From the NCBI GenBank assembly GCA_965242925.1, contig CBDEUM010000030.1, forward strand, positions 96,001 through 160,000: a stretch of DNA of 64,000 nt, in the 5' to 3' direction. The translations under genes were made by a program, and so were the position numbers. The notes beneath the pieces are model-generated. The model did no database searches. It saw nothing but the letters and a program-made list of their open reading frames with translations, and was not told the DNA's origin. Origin of the DNA: Roseibacillus sp. Its GTDB lineage: Bacteria > Verrucomicrobiota > Verrucomicrobiia > Verrucomicrobiales > Akkermansiaceae. Shown piece after piece: positions 1-10,494 of this stretch (position 1 is the first letter of the stretch; every line of letters begins with the position of its first letter).

Positions 1-3000
1 GCCGCCTCCAGGACTGCGAATCCCCCGCCCCCAATGAAACTCAGGGCAGGCAGGATAGCTGACCGGGTAAAGTTGAGCGGATCATCCGTGATCAATGTCC
101 CTCCGATTGAGATGGGCAACGGTTCAGGATTGTAGAGTTCCAGAAAATCCTGGGTGTATACAACCTCTGGCTTACTCAACCACTCATTGAGACGCAATCC
201 CGCTGGATTGCCCAGGGAGAGGGGTTGGTTGAGCCCGCCAGGTGTAGGCAGGGTCAAACCCCAGTCAATCTCTCCCGGTCCGATCCGACCGATGGACAAG
301 TTCTCCACCTGAGGACCGAAAACCACCGAATCCACAAGGGTTCCGGCGGGGTTGAAGAGCAAGACGTTTTCCCCGGCACCATTGAGAGAGAAGCCAAGAC
401 GGATTCCCTGTCCCGTGCCCGAATCCGCATAAAGCATGAGGCGCTGGCCACTGGCGATCGATGTTCCAACCGGAAAAACGAACTTCAGGGGGTCCGAGGG
501 ATCGTCCGTGATCGAATAGCCGCTGAGGGAGCGGGTCAACCCCGTGTTCCCCAGCTCTATATAGTCGGGAAATTTCCCATCCACTTCATGGGCCGATTCG
601 TTCACGGCTAGCACCTCGCTGAGGAACAGCGTCCCATGAGGCGAGCTCTCTGAACTCAGGGTAGTGGGAGCCAGGAGTGGAGGAGCAGGACCAAGTTCCT
701 CGTCCACAATCCCCCGAACATGAGTCCGCCGGTCGTCCATGAAGTCGATGAGATCATCCATCACGTTCTGCGGAACCCAGCCCGAAAGATGGTTCGACAA
801 GAGAGCATCAAAACGCGTTTTCGAAAAACTGGTCTGGATCAGGTCCCGCAGGGCCTGGAAATAACGGATTCGGATGGCGGGTTCCTCAAAAAGCGGAACG
901 AGCGGACCGAGGGTCTGTCCTGACCTCACCATGTCGAAGAGAGTGTGCTCCGGGTCGGTGATACGCGATCCGTCTCCCCGGCCCAGAATGGTGTCCAGAT
1001 CGTGTGGGATAAACTGAAACCTCGGATCGATCACTCCACGATACATGCTGTAGTCGTCATCGGTTCCGTTACTGGCGTTCGTCTCCCCGTTCGCTATGAG
1101 AGTTTCTGCTGCAAACCAACGCATCCACTGGTCAAGGTTGGCCACGACCTCGACCTGATCGATGTAATCCGGATCGTTATCCGCCTGGTTCATGACGCGG
1201 AGAAACTCATCGAGATCAGTCCAGTCATTCTCCGAGCCATTGGTCTGCTTTCCCCATCCATCCCGGGCATATCGGTCCAGGTCCCCACCGCGGTAGGCCC
1301 AGTTCACATCGGGGCGCACCTTCTTGTAGAGATTGCCCTGTGGATCCTGGGTCATTTTCTCATCGACAAATTCGAAGTTGAGCGGCTGGAGGTGCACGAA
1401 ACTTCCGTAATCTTCCTGCCTGTCTCTGGCCGGATCGTTGCCATTCCGCCGAAAGGCGATGCGCTTGCTGTCGGGAGCCGGGAGATCACTTGCCTGGAAA
1501 AGCTTCATTCCGATGAACTGAAGCCACGTATACTGGGTATTCAGGTTCATCTGACTCGATCCGTTCCAAGGCCTGTCGCGGGGAAGATTGACCCGCATTG
1601 GTGGCGGATTATCCCCGCGACTACTTGCTCCCCGCACCCGCACACCGCACTGGTAGCGCACAACAGGACCACTGCAATCGTCAGCAATGAGAGTGCAGTG
1701 GTGCTGCGCGTTGGAGTCACGATCAACGCCGGAGAAGGCCTGGTTTTCGGCCCTGGTCATGATCAACCGGTAGATCCCCTCGCCCTCCGGATTGGGCTCA
1801 TCATCGACCTGGTAGTGCAGATTGGCCACCTGTCCGATACTGGTAGGCGCCGGCCAGGTCCGGATGTTGCTTCCATCGGTGGCCGAGAGATAAAACTCGA
1901 TGATCGTTTCATCCTCCATGGCGGGCAGGGTTGCTCCGAACACCCCGTCATTGGCATCCCCGTCATTGTGCAATCCGTCATCCACCATCGAGGTGCTTGA
2001 GAACTCGGGGGCATCCAGAACCGAAACACGGTAAAAAAGAGTAGCCGTCAGCGCGCGCATGGAAGTGTCACGCAATTTCGCCCGGATCGTAACGATATCC
2101 GTGGAGCGCGGAATGGGCGGACTGTGCATGACGTCCTGGATCAAGGGTGCCACCGATCCTTCCTCCAAGGCCGCGGAATTGACACCCCCGGGAGTAGCAC
2201 CTCCTTCGCTCGCCCGCCAATTCTGACCTGATTTGTTGGTCAGTCCCGTCTGAATCAGCTCAAGGGACTCCCCGGTTCCGTCATGAGCAGCCTCCCAGGT
2301 CCAACCGGGCTCCCCGGCGTCCGTCACTCGCGTCCGGGTGGCCCACTCTCCCTGGTCATGATAACTCACCTCATCGACCTGCTCCTCCTTCTCATCGATC
2401 AGTCGGATAGTTTCTCCACGATTGCTCAGAGATCCGGTCCACCCGCCCGCAAGCTGATCAACTGCTCCATAAATAGCCGTGAATTCAGCCGGATCGGCAG
2501 CCACCACCAAAAACCCCCCGGCCGGGATGGTGAGATCCGGAAAGGTGAAATTAATCCCATTGGTGAAACTCCAGTCCTCCACCTTCACGGGACCGTCACC
2601 GATATTCGTCAGTTCAAGAAATTCGTGGGCAACATTTCCACTTTCCGGGTGGTACATGATCTCATTGATCACGATCGCGGCGGAAGCTCCCCCAATCTGG
2701 ATGGTCACCTTGCCGGGACCAGAGCCCAGAGAGCCATCGCGCACCCGATAAGTGAAACTGTCCGTCCCCGTGAATCCAGGAGGGTGGGTGTAGACGAATG
2801 ATCCGTCCCCGTTCAGGATGACCTCTCCGTGGGCGGGCGGATTCACCAGCGACGCGACCAGGGCGGCGCTGTCGATGTCGAAGTCGTTCACCAGCACACC
2901 CGCCGCTGCCCTGATGGACAACTCCTGGTTCAGAATGGCCAGGTAGGAGTCATCCACGGTCACGGGAGGATCGTTTATCCCTGAAACAGTGAGATTCACC

Positions 3001-6000
3001 GCCACGGGATCGGAGGTGCGCACCCCATCCATCGCAGTGTAAGTGAAGGCATCTGTCCCCTCGAAATCCGGCTCCGGAGTATACGAGAACGATCCGTCCT
3101 GGCCCAGGACAAGTAGCCCGTGCGCGGGCGGAGAAAGGAGAATTGCGACAAGGGGATCGTTCTCGGCGTCGCTGTCATTGCTCAACACCCCCTCGGCCGA
3201 AGCAACGGTCCTGGAAGCATCCTCCTGCACACCGTAAGTGTCGGCGACCCCGTTGGGAGCACGATCCAGATGAATAGTGACCGTGGTCTCCGGCGAAGCG
3301 AGAACCCCATCGTTCGCACGATAGGTGAAGGTCACTGCTCCGGGGCTCCCGTCCGCTGCACGATAAAAAAACGATCCTTCCGGACTCAGGATCAAGTCAC
3401 CGCTCGTCGCAGGGTCGACCAATTCCGCCACCAGTGTCGTTCCATCGGGATCAAAATCATTGGCAAGAACTCCATCCTGCTCATCGATTATGATCCAGCC
3501 GCCCGGATCGATGGCATACACATCGGAAATGGTTTCCGGGATGTCTTCCACGTTGATCACATTCAGGGTAACGCTTTCCACCGGTGAAACCGACTTGCCG
3601 TCCGAGGCCGTATAGGTGAAGGAGTCGGGGCCGAAATAGTTGCGGGCCGGCAGATAGCTGAATGATCCGTCTCCATTGAAGGTGAGCACCCCGTGCGAGG
3701 TAGAACTCACCAGGGTAGCGGTCAGGACTTCCTCGTCGGGATCCACATCATTGGCCAGAACTCCCTGGCTGGCGCTGCGGATATACTCCGTGTCTTCCCC
3801 GGGCGAGTAGACATCAGGTTGCGTCTCGGGGATATCATTGAGCCCCGGGAGGACGTTAATTGTCACCATCCCCAGCGAACTGGCGGCCCCGTTACTGGCG
3901 CGGTAGACAAAGCTGTCCTCTCCCTCGAAATTCAACCCCGGCGTGTAGAGAAACGTTCCATCCGCATTGAGGGTCACCGCGCCATGAGCCGGACCGCTTT
4001 CCAAGGCGCAGGTCAGACCCACCCCGTCGAGATCCGTGTCATTGTCCAGCAAGCCGCTCCTGGTGCCATTCACAACCTCCATTTCCATGTTAAAACTAAG
4101 ATCGGAGCTCTGCGGGTCGCTCTGGTGGATCTCCACCGCAAGGACGTTGTCTCCCTCCACAAAAAGGGCAGGCGGGACGGGAGGCAGTTCAATCTCAAGA
4201 TTGCCGTCGTCCACCGCGCTCTGGGCAAAGTCGTTATAGGATGGGTTGGCATCAATATTGTCGATACCGATCCGTGTCCCATTGAGAAAGACCACGACCC
4301 CGTCATCGCGGAAAACCCGACAGGCGGCGCTCACAATCTCATCCACGTCCTCAACCGTGAAGGTGCGGCGAAAGTAGGCGGTGGGATGCTTGTTCCGGGC
4401 ATCGCCACCGAAACCAATCTCGCTTTCCTCGTCACCGTCTCCATATCCCAGTTCAGCCGGACCACTATTCCATTGCGAATCGTTGTAACCGGGATCCCGC
4501 CACTCACTGCCAAGATCCGTACCGGTGTCGTCGAACCTCCATTCAGATCCATAGGGCACCACCGTTTCCGCACCCCCCGCTGCCCCGCTCACGTCAAGAG
4601 CTCCGTTCTCCTGAACCACATAACTGTCATCTCCGGTGACCGGCGCATCCGGCCGGGGATCCACTGTCAGGGTTACCACCGTCAAGCCGGACTGCAGCGA
4701 TCCATCGCTGGCACGATAACTGAATCTGTCTGTCCCGAAAAAGTCGTCATCGGGCGTATAAATGAATGTTCCATCCGGATTCAGGGTGAGTGATCCGTGC
4801 TCCACATCCTCTCCCTCAACCGCGCTCAGATCCCCACTTTCCGGATCACTATCGTTGGCAAGCACTCCCACCCCCGGAAGGCCCATCGCGAGCGATGAGT
4901 CTTCGGCAACGACATAAGTCTCCGGAACCCCAACCGGCGGATCATTAACGGCCTGCACCTCTATGATCACAGTAGCCGGTTCCGAGGTGCCGCTGGCGTC
5001 CGTGACTTCATATGTAAAACTGTCCGTTCCGAAGAAATTGACCACGGGGGTGTAGATGAACACGCCATCGGGAGCCATACTCACCACCCCATACTCCGGC
5101 GGGAGCACCACCGCTGCGGAGGCGTTCTCTCCCACCGCGTCATTCTCCAGGACCCCTCCTCCACTGCCAGCCCCCTGCGTCACGGAGATGTCGTCGAAAT
5201 AGGCGCGGATCTCCTCGTTGCCCCGGGTCGTCCCATCGGTGTAGGCACCCAAGGCAAAAGTATGATTGCCTGCCTGTAGCGGCAGGCTGAAGTCCGCGGA
5301 TACCCAACCGGAATTTCCCCCGTTGTTGATGTGCACCAGAGAGTTGTTCGCGTCATCCCCGTATCGCACTCCATCGATCTCGAAAACTGCTTCTCCAAAT
5401 TCGCTTGCCTCAAGCGGATCGGTATTAACAAGACGATAGCGGAAACTGATTTCCAGCGTAGCAGCCGCCGCCAGGGTAAAGCTCTGCATGAAGGCCCCCG
5501 AGGTTGCATGAGGCCCCGGCACATCCCGATTATCGAGTCCGCCGATCACCACCTGCATTCCAGCCCCCGAAAATCCACCCGACGGATCGATAACCCCTGC
5601 CGCATATGCGGGTTGGCTTGTTCCGAAGGCATCGGCCACGAAGACAAACCCTCCCCTCCCGCCCTGCAGACTGATATCAATGCCGATGTCAGAACTCCCG
5701 AGACTTCCCTGATGCACCTCGATCGCAATGGTATTTGCCCCTGCCACCAGCACCCCGGCCACGTCCAACTCCACGTCGCTATATGTCAACTCGTTGCCGT
5801 CCTGAGCGAAGGTGTTGGAATCGATCGCGGCATTCGGCATGAAGACCGATCCCACCTCCACGCCGTTAATATAAATGACACAGCCATCGTCCACTGCCAG
5901 ATTGGCAACCCAGTCACCCTCCGCAGCCTCCTCTGCGGTAAGGTTGAAGGTATTCCGGAACAGGTAAGTGGTGATCATGTTCTGACCGTTGGGCCCATCG

Positions 6001-6428
6001 CCAATCCCAAGGAGAAGATCGGGAGTGTCCGGAGGAAAGGCCTCTACAATGCCACCCTGTAACGGGAGCGATCCGGTCAACCAGGACCCGATACTCGATG
6101 ACTCGACCTCGAAGTCTATACTGTTCCAGTCCCTCCCGGCACCATCCAAGGGATAGTTGTGATCCGCGCCCACCTGATTCTCCAACTTATCGAGGTAATC
6201 CCAGGCCCCATCAAAACCCGGAATGAATCCTCCCGGATTCGTGTCGAAGTCCACGGAAATAATCGGACCCGACCTCGTGTTGAGAACGAGGTCCTCGGTA
6301 GCATCGTAGCGGTCGTCCACAGCCACCGGGGCCGCAAACCCTGCCGCCGCAAACAGGAGTCCCGGGAAAGCCAAAACCCACCTGGCAGGAATGCCTGAAG
6401 GGGAGGAAGAGGGTTTAGAATTCTCCAT
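1..6428 (-). CDS. Giant secreted multidomain protein, 3' end outside the window (>2140 aa): Ig-like/cadherin-like tandem-95-type repeats, lamin-tail domains and a CotH kinase-like domain
   Basis: Not in the ORF track, consistent with no in-frame stop inside the window. Manual translation from ATG 6428 gives MENSKPSSSPSGIPARWVLAFPGLLFAAAGFAAPVAVDDRYDATED (signal-peptide-like). The same frame was checked at about 4600, 2800, 1100 and 1-60. It contains repeated GVLxND...P.HG.V.LN.DGSF.Y.P...F.G.DSFTY units, VINEIMYHP and LRLNEWL...DFLELYNP lamin-tail motifs, and a CotH-like segment (WFAAETLIANGET...FIPHDLDTILG). Confidence 0.9.
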   Translation of the reverse strand, partial: MENSKPSSSPSGIPARWVLAFPGLLFAAAGFAAPVAVDDRYDATEDLVLNTRSGPIISVDFDTNPGGFIPGFDGAWDYLDKLENQVGADHNYPLDGAGRDWNSIDFEVESSSIGSWLTGSLPLQGGIVEAFPPDTPDLLLGIGDGPNGQNMITTYLFRNTFNLTAEEAAEGDWVANLAVDDGCVIYINGVEVGSVFMPNAAIDSNTFAQDGNELTYSDVELDVAGVLVAGANTIAIEVHQGSLGSSDIGIDISLQGGRGGFVFVADAFGTSQPAYAAGVIDPSGGFSGAGMQVVIGGLDNRDVPGPHATSGAFMQSFTLAAAATLEISFRYRLVNTDPLEASEFGEAVFEIDGVRYGDDANNSLVHINNGGNSGWVSADFSLPLQAGNHTFALGAYTDGTTRGNEEIRAYFDDISVTQGAGSGGGVLENDAVGENASAAVVLPPEYGVVSMAPDGVFIYTPVVNFFGTDSFTYEVTDASGTSEPATVIIEVQAVNDPPVGVPETYVVAEDSSLAMGLPGVGVLANDSDPESGDLSAVEGEDVEHGSLTLNPDGTFIYTPDDDFFGTDRFSYRASDGSLQSGLTVVTLTVDPRPDAPVTGDDSYVVQENGALDVSGAAGGAETVVPYGSEWRFDDTGTDLGSEWRDPGYNDSQWNSGPAELGYGDGDEESEIGFGGDARNKHPTAYFRRTFTVEDVDEIVSAACRVFRDDGVVVFLNGTRIGIDNIDANPSYNDFAQSAVDDGNLEIELPPVPPALFVEGDNVLAVEIHQSDPQSSDLSFNMEMEVVNGTRSGLLDNDTDLDGVGLTCALESGPAHGAVTLNADGTFLYTPGLNFEGEDSFVYRASNGAASSLGMVTINVLPGLNDIPETQPDVYSPGEDTEYIRSASQGVLANDVDPDEEVLTATLVSSTSHGVLTFNGDGSFSYLPARNYFGPDSFTYTASDGKSVSPVESVTLNVINVEDIPETISDVYAIDPGGWIIIDEQDGVLANDFDPDGTTLVAELVDPATSGDLILSPEGSFFYRAADGSPGAVTFTYRANDGVLASPETTVTIHLDRAPNGVADTYGVQEDASRTVASAEGVLSNDSDAENDPLVAILLSPPAHGLLVLGQDGSFSYTPEPDFEGTDAFTYTAMDGVRTSDPVAVNLTVSGINDPPVTVDDSYLAILNQELSIRAAAGVLVNDFDIDSAALVASLVNPPAHGEVILNGDGSFVYTHPPGFTGTDSFTYRVRDGSLGSGPGKVTIQIGGASAAIVINEIMYHPESGNVAHEFLELTNIGDGPVKVEDWSFTNGINFTFPDLTIPAGGFLVVAADPAEFTAIYGAVDQLAGGWTGSLSNRGETIRLIDEKEEQVDEVSYHDQGEWATRTRVTDAGEPGWTWEAAHDGTGESLELIQTGLTNKSGQNWRASEGGATPGGVNSAALEEGSVAPLIQDVMHSPPIPRSTDIVTIRAKLRDTSMRALTATLFYRVSVLDAPEFSSTSMVDDGLHNDGDANDGVFGATLPAMEDETIIEFYLSATDGSNIRTWPAPTSIGQVANLHYQVDDEPNPEGEGIYRLIMTRAENQAFSGVDRDSNAQHHCTLIADDCSGPVVRYQCGVRVRGASSRGDNPPPMRVNLPRDRPWNGSSQMNLNTQYTWLQFIGMKLFQASDLPAPDSKRIAFRRNGNDPARDRQEDYGSFVHLQPLNFEFVDEKMTQDPQGNLYKKVRPDVNWAYRGGDLDRYARDGWGKQTNGSENDWTDLDEFLRVMNQADNDPDYIDQVEVVANLDQWMRWFAAETLIANGETNASNGTDDDYSMYRGVIDPRFQFIPHDLDTILGRGDGSRITDPEHTLFDMVRSGQTLGPLVPLFEEPAIRIRYFQALRDLIQTSFSKTRFDALLSNHLSGWVPQNVMDDLIDFMDDRRTHVRGIVDEELGPAPPLLAPTTLSSESSPHGTLFLSEVLAVNESAHEVDGKFPDYIELGNTGLTRSLSGYSITDDPSDPLKFVFPVGTSIASGQRLMLYADSGTGQGIRLGFSLNGAGENVLLFNPAGTLVDSVVFGPQVENLSIGRIGPGEIDWGLTLPTPGGLNQPLSLGNPAGLRLNEWLSKPEVVYTQDFLELYNPEPLPISIGGTLITDDPLNFTRSAILPALSFIGGGGFAVLEA

Positions 6429-6480
6429 CGGGAGCACAATTGAGGGAGGAAGTGGAACGATCCGGTAGATTGTGACTTGC

Positions 6481-6510
6481 ACAGTAACCCTGCCGGCACG
6501 CTCTGGTCAA
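6481..6510 (-). promoter_or_regulatory. Possible sigma70-type promoter for the giant CotH gene
   Basis: The minus strand reads TTGACC-18 nt-TACTGT, about 50 nt upstream of ATG 6428. Confidence 0.3.
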
Positions 6511-6928
6511 TGCACGGGACCGCTTAAGTCCCCGGGCACAAGGACCCCATCTCCGGAAAATTTCCTCTCTGCTCCCCCTCCCGGGTTACCACTTCGAGGC
6601 CTTTCGACCTCTCCTCTTTCCTTCTCCTATCCGGGCGGGAAGAAAGACACCTTCAGGATTCCGGTTCTGCTGCGACCCCATGTGACATCGCACCACGTTC
6701 CAGCCCCCCTCCTCCACCGCGCTGACCAGCGCGATCTGCAACGATGGTGACATCTCCCTCCGCATCCGGAAACACTTCAAACTCTCCCGGGATCTGATAT
6801 TGCGCAACGACCTCACCGGGACGGCCCTTCACGAGGTGACAATGACCCGTCTTTCCCTACCCCGATTTTTCTCTGTTCTTCCAGGGACAGCTTACCGAAG
6901 GTAACTCCCGAGAGAAGCCCTCGCCCTC

Positions 6929-8209
6929 ATGTCCCCCGAGTTCAACACCCTCGCCATTGTTCTCCTAATCGCCCTCCTTCTTCTCTGGAAGCTCGATCTT
7001 GTGGCCACCCTGCTCAACCTGGGCGCCCTCAGACCGGAACTGCCCGGGGAATTCACTGATGTCTACGACGCGGAGAAGTATGCCAAATCCCAGGAATACA
7101 CCCAGGCCCATTCCCGATTCGGCATCATCTCTTCCATCACCTCCCTGACCATCCTGCTGGTCTTCTGGTTCTTAGGTGGATTCAGCTGGCTTGATACCTG
7201 GACGCGCTCCCTGGAACTAGGCGACGTCACTACCGGCATGGCCTACGTCTTTGCCCTCCTCCTCGGCAACTACCTCCTCACTCTCCCCTTCACCATCTAT
7301 GACACCTTCGTCCTGGAGGAGCGCTTCGGGTTCAACAAGACCACTCGCCGGACATTCCTCGTCGACCAGAGCAAGTCGATCGTCCTCATGACCCTTATCG
7401 GCGCGCCTCTCCTCGCCGGCATCCTCCTCATCTTTCATCATGTTCCCCAAGCATGGTTCTGGGCCTGGGTCGCCTTCAGCATCTTTGTCCTGGCCATAAC
7501 CTATCTCGCCCCTTCCCTCATCATGCCGCTCTTCAACAAGTTCGAACCGATGGAGGACGGTGAACTCAGGGATGCCATCTACAGGATGGCGGAAGAATGC
7601 GATTTCCCCCTGACCGAAATCACAGTCATGGACGGTTCGCGACGTTCCGCCAAGTCCAACGCCTTCTTCATGGGATTTGGCAAGAGCAAGAAAATCGCCC
7701 TTTACGACACCCTGGTTGAAAACCACTCCACCGAGGAACTGGTCGCCGTGCTGGCTCACGAAATCGGACACTTCAAGCGCAGGCACATCATCCAGCGCCT
7801 GGTCCTTTCCATCCTTCAGTTCGGCCTCCTCTTCTACCTTCTCGGGCACCTCATCAACCCCGAAAGCAGCTTCGCGCAGCAACTTTTCGCCGCCTTCGGC
7901 ATTCCCGCCGACCACATTTCTCCGCATGCCGGACTCATCTTCTTCGGCATCCTCTTCAGTCCGGTCAGTCGCTTCCTGGGAATTCTCCTCAACGCCTGGT
8001 CACGCAAACACGAGTTTGAGGCGGATGCCTACGCCGCCCAGGTGCAGAAAACCCCTGATCACCTGATCGCCGCCCTGAAGAAACTCTCCGCCGATAATCT
8101 TTCCAACCTCACCCCGCACCGGTTCCGGGTTATCCTCGACTATTCCCACCCGCCCGCTCTCGTCCGGATCGCCGCCCTCCGAAGCCTTGCGCCGACATCA
8201 ACATCGTGA
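6929..8209 (+). CDS. M48 family zinc metallopeptidase (Ste24/CAAX prenyl protease-like), integral membrane
   Basis: 426 aa with multiple TM segments, a HEIGH zinc motif, DGSRRSAKSNAFF, SRKHEFEADAYA and DYSHPP. Confidence 0.93.
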   Translation: MSPEFNTLAIVLLIALLLLWKLDLVATLLNLGALRPELPGEFTDVYDAEKYAKSQEYTQAHSRFGIISSITSLTILLVFWFLGGFSWLDTWTRSLELGDVTTGMAYVFALLLGNYLLTLPFTIYDTFVLEERFGFNKTTRRTFLVDQSKSIVLMTLIGAPLLAGILLIFHHVPQAWFWAWVAFSIFVLAITYLAPSLIMPLFNKFEPMEDGELRDAIYRMAEECDFPLTEITVMDGSRRSAKSNAFFMGFGKSKKIALYDTLVENHSTEELVAVLAHEIGHFKRRHIIQRLVLSILQFGLLFYLLGHLINPESSFAQQLFAAFGIPADHISPHAGLIFFGILFSPVSRFLGILLNAWSRKHEFEADAYAAQVQKTPDHLIAALKKLSADNLSNLTPHRFRVILDYSHPPALVRIAALRSLAPTSTS

Positions 8210-8221
8210 CGGAGCTTCGCG

Positions 8222-9346
8222 GTGACAAGGCTCCTCCTCACCCATCTCAGCGCGGCCCTCGCCGGAGGACTGATCATCTTTTTGCTCGTTGCCAGGGATA
8301 ACCGACCGGATCCTTCCGGTCACCGGTCTCTCAGGGAAGTCCCTGATCGTCCCGGCAATTCCAGGCTCCCCTCTCGAAAATCATTCCGGGTCCCCGGATC
8401 TTCTGCTTCCGTGGGATCCTCCGGGAAAGAGCAGCGAAACGATTTCCCCGAGGTGGAGGAGGCCGAGGAATTCCTTCGGCAGGCAGGCCTTCACCACCCC
8501 TCCAGGTCCGAGCTGGAGAATTATCTTTCCTCCCGCAATCATTCTGCCGAGGCGTGTCTCGCGGCCGGATTGATCCTTCAGGATACCGAACTCCTGAAGG
8601 AGGCTCTCGAAAGGGAGCCCTCCAATCCACACGCCCTCTTCACCCTCGCTTCCCGCGAGGACTTTCCCTCCTCCCAACGCCTGGCCTGGGCCGCACAGCT
8701 TCACGAGCTGCAACCGGAAAACGCCCTTGCTTCCTATCTCATCGCCAAGCTCAACTGGGAAGCCGGGGAAATCGACTCTGCACTCGAATCGCTTGAACGG
8801 GCACACCAGCAGCCCGGCTTTGAGAGCTTCGCCTCTGAATCCATGATGGCAGTGACGGACGCGCTTCGCGCCACTGGAAGCAGTCCAGGCGGGGCCGCCC
8901 TCTACAGCTCCCTGACAAGCGAAGTGCCCCACCTCTCTGAACTGCTTTCCCTGAGCAGGAATCTGCAGGGGTATTGGCAGGAGGCCCCACCCGGGGAAGC
9001 TGCCATCCTGAGAGAGCAAAACGCTGCCCTGGGGGCGCGTCTGGCCCAGGGCGGGGAATCCGAATTCCTCATTTCGGAACTGGTCGGCCTCGCCATCCAG
9101 AACACCGCCTACGAAGACCTTCCGCAGGACGCTCCCCTGCCTCGCGATGGCATTGATTCACAGCAGCTGGAACAATCCATCGAGCAACGCCGGTCCGAAA
9201 TCCGGGAAATCTCTCAGCCTGGCCCGATTGAACTCCTGCGTGCCTCGCCAGAAATGATCGAAGGCTATGCCATGCGTGTTCATGCCCTCGGCGAACTCAA
9301 AGCCCTGAGCTGGCTGCGCTCACATGCCCAACCGCCCGGGCAATAA
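8222..9346 (+). CDS. Hypothetical membrane-anchored protein with a helical/TPR-like region
   Basis: 374-aa ORF 13 nt after the M48 gene, with an N-terminal hydrophobic anchor and a TPR-like segment (LQPENALASYLIAKLNWEAGEIDSALESLERA). Confidence 0.75.
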   Translation: MTRLLLTHLSAALAGGLIIFLLVARDNRPDPSGHRSLREVPDRPGNSRLPSRKSFRVPGSSASVGSSGKEQRNDFPEVEEAEEFLRQAGLHHPSRSELENYLSSRNHSAEACLAAGLILQDTELLKEALEREPSNPHALFTLASREDFPSSQRLAWAAQLHELQPENALASYLIAKLNWEAGEIDSALESLERAHQQPGFESFASESMMAVTDALRATGSSPGGAALYSSLTSEVPHLSELLSLSRNLQGYWQEAPPGEAAILREQNAALGARLAQGGESEFLISELVGLAIQNTAYEDLPQDAPLPRDGIDSQQLEQSIEQRRSEIREISQPGPIELLRASPEMIEGYAMRVHALGELKALSWLRSHAQPPGQ

Positions 9347-9516
9347 GAAAACATCCCTTCCCCGTCTCCTCACTCCGCACCAACTCCGCGTCGTTCTCGA
9401 TTACTCTGATCCTCCCGTTCTCGTTCGCATCCAGGCCCTCCGCGCCCTTCCCCAAGGGATCTCCTCGTGATACAGGTGGGGGAGTGAAGCCCGTGCTCAA
9501 ACGTCTCTCTGCCCCA

Positions 9517-10371
9517 ATGAAGAATCTCTTCCCTCTCCTCTTCTTTGCGGCGACCTTCCTCACCGCCTCCGCCCACCGCATCCAGGCGAAGGAACCCGGC
9601 CCCTTCAAGATCCTCACCTACAACGTCCTCTACGGCTTCAACTTCCAGAAGTCCACTGACCTCGGAACGCAATGGATCAAGGGCCAGCATGCCGACCTGG
9701 TCGCCCTGCAGGAGATGACCAAGTACACCCAGGTCAAGCTCACTGCCCTGGCGAAGAAATGGGGCCACCAGCACTCCGTCATCCTGAAAGAGAACGGCTT
9801 CCCGGTCTGCCTCACCGCCAACTCTGCCATCGAAGTGATCGAGAAACGTGTCGAGGACATGTGGCACGGATATCTCCACTGCAAAGTGCGTGGAGTGAAC
9901 ATCTTCGTGGTGCATCTCTCGCCTTCCAATCACAATGTTCGTGTCAAGGAAGCGGGCATTCTCTGCGCAAAGGTGAAACTCCTCCTCGCCGCAGACCAAC
10001 GGGTCATCATCATGGGCGATTTCAACTGCAACTCACCCCTCGACCGGGATTGGCTTGAAGCGCAACCGAGCACGCAGGAATGGCGGGAGAAATTGCCCGA
10101 CAATGCCGATCCCGGCTACCTCACCATGAGCCAGTTCCACGCAGCCGGCCTCTATGACCTCGTCCACGAAAAATGCCCCGCCGCCCAGGTCCGACTCGGC
10201 ACCTTCTCGACCCGCATCAAGAAGCAGGACCGCCCCGGCGACCGCTGGCGCATCGACTTCATCCTCACCGACCCCACTCTCGCCCTCCGCTGCATCAACG
10301 CTGATACCTCGCGCGATCCCGTCCTCCACAAGATCTCCGATCACTTCCCGGTCCAGGCCACCTTCCGTTGA
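9517..10371 (+). CDS. Secreted endonuclease/exonuclease/phosphatase (EEP) family protein
   Basis: Signal peptide from ATG 9517; EEP motifs ILTYNV, DLVALQE, MGDFN, RIDFIL and SDHFPV. Confidence 0.9.
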   Translation: MKNLFPLLFFAATFLTASAHRIQAKEPGPFKILTYNVLYGFNFQKSTDLGTQWIKGQHADLVALQEMTKYTQVKLTALAKKWGHQHSVILKENGFPVCLTANSAIEVIEKRVEDMWHGYLHCKVRGVNIFVVHLSPSNHNVRVKEAGILCAKVKLLLAADQRVIIMGDFNCNSPLDRDWLEAQPSTQEWREKLPDNADPGYLTMSQFHAAGLYDLVHEKCPAAQVRLGTFSTRIKKQDRPGDRWRIDFILTDPTLALRCINADTSRDPVLHKISDHFPVQATFR

Positions 10372-10494
10372 TCGCATTCTCCCCTACGATTCCCTCAGTC
10401 TTGAAATCTGGGTCTGAAGTGATTTGGAGCTTGGAGACTTGAGCTTCGGCAACACTCCACCTGCCTCGACCGCCTCATTCCTTGCCCCAAGTGC

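Noticed and set aside
225..6499. Many medium ORFs on the + strand and in alternative frames (for example 945-2000 and 3693-4793)
   Set aside because: They are shadows of the single giant minus-strand gene and have no recognisable motifs.
10400..10450. Short degenerate repeats (ttggagcttggagacttgagctt)
   Set aside because: They are too short and irregular to assign a function.
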